Of a stretch of DNA of 64,000 nt, positions 59,156 to 64,000 are shown piece by piece (positions within the stretch are counted from its first letter, which is position 1; each line of letters starts with the position of its first letter). Under the pieces are notes generated by a model. That model was not told the origin of the DNA, made no database searches, and saw only the letters and a list, made by a program, of their open reading frames with translations. Source of the stretch: a virus. The position numbers and the translations under genes were made by a program. The stretch lies in the IMG/VR virus record IMGVR_UViG_3300047510_002627, positions 32,001-96,000 of that record; one strand, written 5' to 3'.

Positions 59156-60337
59156 ATGCAATACAATTTTAAAGTTTCCGAAGAATCTTCAACCAGTATC
59201 CAAGGAATGACTGTTTTTAATACAAACGTTGTTGATACCAAAAAGCAGCACATGTTCTTTGGTCAACCACTTGGGATACAAAGATATGATACATTTAAAT
59301 ATCCAGTATTTGATAAACTGACAACTCAACAACTTGGGTTTTATTGGAGGCCTGAAGAAGTTTCATTGCAAAAAGACCGTGGAGATTATCAAACGCTTCG
59401 CCCAGAACAAAAGCATATCTATACAAGCAACCTCAAGTATCAGATTATGCTTGACTCCGTACAAGGCCGTGGTCCTGGGATGGCTTTTATGCCATACTGT
59501 TCACTACCTGAACTTGAATCTTGTATGAACATTTGGCAAACTATGGAAATGATTCATAGTCGCTCCTACACATACATCATCAAGAATGTATATTCAGATC
59601 CTTCTGAAGTCTTGGACAAAATTGTAACCGATGACAAGATTCTTGAGAGGGCAAAAAGTGTTACTGAATCTTATGATGATTTTATTAATTCTGCACAACA
59701 CTATGGAAATTCAAATGATTGGAAACACGCTCTTGAAGGAGTTCATTATGCAAAACTTTCTTTGAATGATGTTAAACGAAAACTTTATCGAGCAGTTGCA
59801 AACGTCAATATCCTTGAAGGTATTCGTTTTTATGTTTCTTTTGCTTGCTCCTTTGCTTTTGGTGAACTGAAACTTATGGAAGGATCTGCTAAGATTATTT
59901 CCTTGATTGCAAGAGACGAAAATCAACATCTTGCAATCACTCAAAATATTTTGAATAAGTGGAGAGAAGGTGATGATCCAGAAATGAAACAAATTGCTAA
60001 AGAAGAAGAAGAATGGGTTTACACTATGTTTAAACGTGCTGTAGATGAAGAAAAGAAATGGGCAGATTATTTGTTTAAAGATGGTAGTATGATTGGACTA
60101 AATGATAAACTACTTCAACAATATGTTGAATGGATTGCAAATCGTAGAATTAAGGCAATAGGATTAAAACCAATCTATGATATTGCCGCAAATAATAATC
60201 CACTTCCTTGGACTCAACATTGGATTTCATCTAAAGGACTTCAGGTTGCACCACAAGAAACTGAAGTTGAATCATATGTAATTGGAGGAATTAAGCAGGA
60301 TGTTGGTAAAGATACTTTTAGTGGATTTAAACTTTAA
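59156..60337 (+). CDS. nrdB: Ribonucleotide reductase class Ia beta subunit
   Basis: WRPEEV, E.IHSRSY, LEGIRFYVSF, IARDENQH and APQETE motifs; ATG start at 59156 preferred. Confidence 0.98.
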   Translation: MQYNFKVSEESSTSIQGMTVFNTNVVDTKKQHMFFGQPLGIQRYDTFKYPVFDKLTTQQLGFYWRPEEVSLQKDRGDYQTLRPEQKHIYTSNLKYQIMLDSVQGRGPGMAFMPYCSLPELESCMNIWQTMEMIHSRSYTYIIKNVYSDPSEVLDKIVTDDKILERAKSVTESYDDFINSAQHYGNSNDWKHALEGVHYAKLSLNDVKRKLYRAVANVNILEGIRFYVSFACSFAFGELKLMEGSAKIISLIARDENQHLAITQNILNKWREGDDPEMKQIAKEEEEWVYTMFKRAVDEEKKWADYLFKDGSMIGLNDKLLQQYVEWIANRRIKAIGLKPIYDIAANNNPLPWTQHWISSKGLQVAPQETEVESYVIGGIKQDVGKDTFSGFKL

Positions 60338-60342
60338 TTTTT

Positions 60343-60373
60343 AGAGGGGTAACACCCTCTTTTTTTATAAATA
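60343..60373 (+). terminator. Terminator after nrdB running into a late promoter
   Basis: AGAGGG/CCCTCT stem plus T-tract; TATAAATA at 60366-60373. Confidence 0.8.
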
Positions 60374-60397
60374 TTTGTATTCTTAGAAACTAGTGTC

Positions 60398-61813
60398 ATG
60401 AATCCATTATCTTTATATGAATCTTACGCAGCAGTATATAACGAAGAATTGCTGTATGTCTCCGAAGACTACTCTTCTATCGATGAATTTTCTGATGAAG
60501 AACTCATTGCAATTGTAGAAGAGGTTATTTCTGAAGAAGGATTTGATATTGATGAATCACTTGAGTTTCTTGATGAAGCAAAAGTTACTTATGGACATGA
60601 TACTGAAGATCCAGATGCACAGAAAAAGGCAGAAAGAGTAGATAGAATTAAATCTGCTGCATCTAAAGCTGGATCGATGGCTAAAGATGTTGCAAAAAAA
60701 GTATATAAAACTGCAAAAGAAAAGGGTCCTGGACTCCTTGATCGTGCCAAAAAGGCAGTAAAGGGTGCTCTAAAAACTGGAAGATCTCTTCTTGCAAAGG
60801 GACTTCGCAAGGGAGCAGAACTTGCAGGTAAGGCGGCTTCCAAGGTCGAACCGAAGGAAACGCCAAAAGCAGAACCCAAAGCAGAACCCAAAGCAGAACC
60901 AAAGGCATCAGCACCTGAGAGCAAAGGACCTAAGTATAGAAATGTTGGCGTAGGTAGAAAGGAAAGAGTTGGTGGTAAGGTTGAATCAGAACCTAAATCT
61001 GTTTCAGAACCAAATAAGGAAAGAATTGAAAGGGCAAGAGAAAAATTAAGAAAAGCAGCTAAAGGATCTCCTTCAAGGGGAGTTAGATTTGCTACTCCTG
61101 GGGGAAAAGTAGCACCTACAGTAATGCGTAGCGGTAAAGATTCTCCATCTGAAAGAACTAAAGCAGCATCAAGATTTGCTAAAAAGGCAGGAATTAGTGA
61201 TAGTTTTGAGTATCTCTTAGGTGTAATTTTTGATGATATGATTAGTGAGGGATATGTTAGTGATTATGAAACTGCTTCTTATGTCCTTGAATCACTTACA
61301 GAAGATGATTTTGACTATGTATTTGAAACATACTCTGTGTTATTGAATGAAGCAACTGCAATGGCAAAGCGTGGACTTGATGAACCTGCCATCCGTCAAC
61401 AGATTGCTAAGAGCACTGGTGGTGGGCAGGCAGCAGATCGTGCAACTGCTCTGGCAGACAAGCAGACCTATGGACAGAGTGGTGTGGATCCTAAGGCAAG
61501 ACAGCAACTTGCTGCCAAGCAGAGAGGTGACTTCCGCAACACCACATCCTCCAATCCAGGATTGCATGGTTACGCAAATAAGGTAACAACCGCTGCAGAT
61601 AAAGCAAAACAAGCAGCAAGAGGGTTACAGAGGGGAGTTCTTACTCCTGCAGAGAGACAAAGACTTAACATGGGCGATGAGTCCTTTGATACTTATGATT
61701 TGGTTCTTGAATTCCTTTACGTTGAAGGATATGTAGAAACAATTGAAGAGGCAGAACAAATGATGGTCAATCTGACACAAGAGCAGATTGATGAAATTAT
61801 TGCGAATAACTGA
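60398..61813 (+). CDS. Modular late protein (acidic EG[FY] blocks plus basic blocks), probable internal head polyprotein
   Basis: Three acidic blocks flank two K/R/A-rich blocks that start after FLDE|A and LLNE|A. Confidence 0.65.
   Translation: MNPLSLYESYAAVYNEELLYVSEDYSSIDEFSDEELIAIVEEVISEEGFDIDESLEFLDEAKVTYGHDTEDPDAQKKAERVDRIKSAASKAGSMAKDVAKKVYKTAKEKGPGLLDRAKKAVKGALKTGRSLLAKGLRKGAELAGKAASKVEPKETPKAEPKAEPKAEPKASAPESKGPKYRNVGVGRKERVGGKVESEPKSVSEPNKERIERAREKLRKAAKGSPSRGVRFATPGGKVAPTVMRSGKDSPSERTKAASRFAKKAGISDSFEYLLGVIFDDMISEGYVSDYETASYVLESLTEDDFDYVFETYSVLLNEATAMAKRGLDEPAIRQQIAKSTGGGQAADRATALADKQTYGQSGVDPKARQQLAAKQRGDFRNTTSSNPGLHGYANKVTTAADKAKQAARGLQRGVLTPAERQRLNMGDESFDTYDLVLEFLYVEGYVETIEEAEQMMVNLTQEQIDEIIANN
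60866..60901 (+). repeat. In-frame 12-bp tandem repeat (3 x AAAGCAGAACC[C/A]) encoding KAEP
   Basis: Read directly from the sequence. Confidence 0.9.
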
Positions 61814-61828
61814 TTTTAAATCATGATC

Positions 61829-61862
61829 AATAAATAGGGGAGAGATTATCTCCCCTATTTTT
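61829..61862 (+). terminator. 12-bp perfect hairpin overlapped by a late-promoter box
   Basis: AAATAGGGGAGA/TCTCCCCTATTT; AATAAATA at 61829-61836; ATG directly after. Confidence 0.75.
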
Positions 61863-62018
61863 ATGCCTAAAAATCAACTTACTAAAGATGAATTAAAAGT
61901 TCGTATTTTGAAATTAAAAGAAAGATTATATAGAGATCAACCTGGTTGGGATTCTAAAGGACTTGCTCATAAATATCTAGACGAAGTTCTTGATATAATT
62001 GATGAATACAGATATTGA
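61863..62018 (+). CDS. Small hypothetical protein (51 aa, not in the ORF track)
   Basis: MPKNQLTKDELKVRILKLK...LAHKYLDEVLDIIDEYRY. Confidence 0.7.
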   Translation: MPKNQLTKDELKVRILKLKERLYRDQPGWDSKGLAHKYLDEVLDIIDEYRY

Positions 62019-62448
62019 ATATGAAAATCCATGGATCTATGAAAACAGGTGTTTTACTAGCGATGACATTGGGGATTATTTTGGGTTTGTTTACCTCATC
62101 ATCAACACTAAAACCAGTAAAAAATATATAGGAAGAAAATATTTTTGGTCATTTAGAAAACCTAAAGGGAAAAGTAGAAAAGTAAAACTAGAATCCGACT
62201 GGAAAAAGTATTATGGATCTTGCCCAGAACTTAAAGAAGATATTAAAAATTACGGTAAGGGGGATTTTAAAAGAACTATTCTCTCTTTACATAGAACTAA
62301 AGGAAGAGTTAACTTTGAGGAAACCAGACAACTCTTCCTCAACGGAGTCCTTACAGAATCTCTTGACAATGGAGAACCTGCCTACTACAATAGTAACATC
62401 CTCAGCAGGTATTTCAGAAAAGACTACTATGGAAAAAATTGTGATTGA
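62002..62448 (+). CDS. Single-domain GIY-YIG nuclease
   Basis: GFVYLI.N.....KYIGRK, W..YYGS and YYN.NI motifs. Confidence 0.85.
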   Translation: MNTDIEYENPWIYENRCFTSDDIGDYFGFVYLIINTKTSKKYIGRKYFWSFRKPKGKSRKVKLESDWKKYYGSCPELKEDIKNYGKGDFKRTILSLHRTKGRVNFEETRQLFLNGVLTESLDNGEPAYYNSNILSRYFRKDYYGKNCD

Positions 62449-62674
62449 CTCTACGGAAGAAGTAGTTATTTGGGTAGTCGATAAAATTAATCAATTAATT
62501 GATGAAGATACAGAAGAATCTAGGAAAAATGCAATTTCTTTGATTGAAGAATATCAAGAATGGATTAATGCACTTCAAGATAATGAAGAAATTAATTACA
62601 CTGCCATGAAAAGCGAAGAAAATGAAGGATGGACTGAAGAACAGGAAATTGACATACAAGATCCTTGGGCTTGA
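62429..62674 (+). CDS. Acidic hypothetical protein
   Basis: MEKIVIDS...; the longer 62213 start is an overlap artefact. Confidence 0.6.
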   Translation: MEKIVIDSTEEVVIWVVDKINQLIDEDTEESRKNAISLIEEYQEWINALQDNEEINYTAMKSEENEGWTEEQEIDIQDPWA

Positions 62675-62728
62675 CAAATCCTAAATAATAACTTATTATG
62701 TGTAGACCTGTCGAAAGGCAGGTTTTTT
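62671..62728 (+). promoter_or_regulatory. sigma70 promoter with an embedded late box, followed by a GAAA-loop terminator
   Basis: TTGACA-17 bp-TATTAT; CTAAATA in the spacer; ACCTGTC-GAAA-GGCAGGT plus T-tract at 62706-62728. Confidence 0.7.
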
Positions 62729-62750
62729 ATTATGAGATTTTGATTTGATT

Positions 62751-62816
62751 TAGAGCCGTGGAAGGTGCCCTTTGAGAAAGGGGTGTACCCCCCTTCTATA
62801 CGGATGTAGAGTTCTA
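62751..62816 (+). ncRNA. Candidate structured cis-regulatory RNA in the lysozyme leader
   Basis: GC-rich island in an AT-rich intergenic region with nested pairings TAGAGC/GTTCTA, CCGTGGAAGG/CCTTCTATACGG and a GAGA-tetraloop hairpin. Confidence 0.5.
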
Positions 62817-62825
62817 TTAAACTAA

Positions 62826-63461
62826 ATGCTTAAAAACCTTACAAGTTTGACCGTATCTCTTTTTGGTGCGGTTGTAACATCAGCGGCAACACTGCCAACA
62901 CCGGGATTTGCTACTTCAAGTAATAACCCATCAAAAATTGAAGAAATTAAATCTCAGGAGACAGCGACCAAAGAGGTTGCTCCCGAAACATCCAAAGTGA
63001 AACGGTTTATTTGTAACGGATGTAATACTAATGAATTGACAACATTAGATTTCCTACAAGATCGTGGAATCACTGACAAAAACGCTCTAGCTACCATTAT
63101 GGGCAATATTCGACAGGAATCTACCTTCGTTCCAAACATTTGCGAAGGTGGTGCCCGAACTTCCTATCCTAACTGTGGTGGGGGGTATGGTCTTATCCAA
63201 TGGACTAATGCTCCTCGTTTTTATGGATTAGGAAAACATGCTGCTAGTATTGGTGGAAATCCTTCTTCACTTGATACTCAATTGAAGTTCATGTTGCATG
63301 AAGGTGACTGGAAAATGATCGAACCTTATATGAAAACACCTGGCAAAACAATCAATCAATATATGAGACTTGCTAGTAGGTGGATTCGTTGGGGACATCA
63401 TGGATCTAGAACTAGTTATGCTCATGATTATGCTAATCGATTTGTCTTAGTGCAAAACTGA
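62826..63461 (+). CDS. Phage lysozyme-like (tail-lysozyme/Phage_lysozyme2-type) protein with N-terminal signal-like segment
   Basis: ALATIMGNIRQES, GYGLIQWT and QL.F motifs; hydrophobic N-terminus. Confidence 0.8.
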   Translation: MLKNLTSLTVSLFGAVVTSAATLPTPGFATSSNNPSKIEEIKSQETATKEVAPETSKVKRFICNGCNTNELTTLDFLQDRGITDKNALATIMGNIRQESTFVPNICEGGARTSYPNCGGGYGLIQWTNAPRFYGLGKHAASIGGNPSSLDTQLKFMLHEGDWKMIEPYMKTPGKTINQYMRLASRWIRWGHHGSRTSYAHDYANRFVLVQN

Positions 63462-63493
63462 ATAAATAGGGGGAGAGCAATCTCCCTTTTTTT
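63461..63493 (+). terminator. GCAA-loop terminator directly preceded by a late-promoter box
   Basis: AATAAATA, then GGGAGA-GCAA-TCTCCC plus T7, then ATG. Confidence 0.75.
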
Positions 63494-63964
63494 ATGTCTA
63501 AATTATTAATTGATTTCAAAGAAAAACTTATAGGTCTTTATCACAATCGAAATCAAGCATATAGTCATCCACAACAATGGGCACATATATACATTGAATT
63601 TAAAGAGTATGAAGATGGGAGTATCAATTCAAAAAGTTGGTATGCTGTAGAGAATCCAAATAAACCATACAGGGATACTTTGTTGAAATTGAAAGAAAAT
63701 GGAAAAACTATAATTGCTACTCCCATAAACAAAGTTACAAATACGAAATCTTGTGATATTATTTTTGAAAAATATGGTGAGTATTGGATAGGTGAAAATG
63801 AGAAATGCGTTATTCCAGATAAAGATACTTACATATCAACATCTATTAAATTTGATGGAAAGAATTACTTTTCAAGAGATGCTGGATATGATTTAAAAAC
63901 TGATAGATTTCTTTGGGGAAAAAATAAACATGATGGTCATTTTCATTTTATAAAAACAACTTAA
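63494..63964 (+). CDS. cpeT: CpeT/CpcT-type phycobiliprotein lyase
   Basis: G.Y.N..QA...P..WAHI, PYR and SRD.GYD.....LWG......F.F motifs typical of T-type lyases. Confidence 0.82.
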   Translation: MSKLLIDFKEKLIGLYHNRNQAYSHPQQWAHIYIEFKEYEDGSINSKSWYAVENPNKPYRDTLLKLKENGKTIIATPINKVTNTKSCDIIFEKYGEYWIGENEKCVIPDKDTYISTSIKFDGKNYFSRDAGYDLKTDRFLWGKNKHDGHFHFIKTT

Positions 63965-64000
63965 ATGGAAAATCTGCCAGAAAATCCGGAAGAAGTCATA

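Noticed and set aside
41828-60337. Inteins or group I introns in g43, g41, g61, nrdA or nrdB
   Set aside because: All are uninterrupted and of normal length, with no intein splice motifs seen
62213-62428. Long overlap of the 153-aa ORF with the GIY-YIG gene
   Set aside because: Alternative-frame read-through; ATG 62429 gives a normal short overlap
62002-62448. GIY-YIG gene as a mobile homing endonuclease or intron ORF
   Set aside because: Single catalytic domain with no C-terminal DNA-binding repeats, and no interrupted host gene or intron structure around it
1-64000. tRNA genes, CRISPR arrays, reverse transcriptase/DGR elements, stop-codon recoding
   Set aside because: No cloverleaf, repeat-spacer array or RT motif seen by eye; core genes are intact in the standard code with TAA, TGA and TAG all used as stops. 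tRNAscan and repeat finders were not run.
63965-64000. ORF start MENLPENPEEVI at the window edge
   Set aside because: Only 12 codons visible; cannot be assigned

Overview
The window is a 64-kb slice of an AT-rich T4-like myophage genome, most likely a cyanophage (Kyanoviridae-like). The basis is the gene order plus the CpeT/CpcT-type lyase, MazG, Hsp20, CobS-like AAA+ ATPase and 2OG-Fe(II) oxygenase. All credible genes are on the + strand. Order: a giant virion protein (5' end outside the window), neck/tail/terminase genes (g13-g19), portal and head genes (g20-g23), g3, uvsY, uvsW, g55, g47, g46, a VWA-peptidase/AAA+ pair, g45, g44, g62, regA, hsp20, g43, uvsX, g41, mazG, a late cluster of probable internal-head proteins, g61, nrdA, nrdB, a GIY-YIG nuclease, a lysozyme-like protein and cpeT. 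I saw no tRNA, rRNA, CRISPR array, intein or intron. The most interesting signals are: (1) late proteins built as beads-on-a-string modules separated by prohead-protease-like (I/L/V)xE sites, two carrying T4-like capsid-targeting N-termini, suggesting a swappable polyprotein cargo system; (2) an RNA-regulation layer of three to four Sm-like paralogues, a near-consensus antisense sigma70 promoter, a ROSE-like thermometer on hsp20, a candidate late sRNA and a structured leader on the lysozyme; (3) a DruA/Mom-like gene inside the clamp-loader operon. All family assignments come from motif recognition and synteny. No database search or folding program was run.
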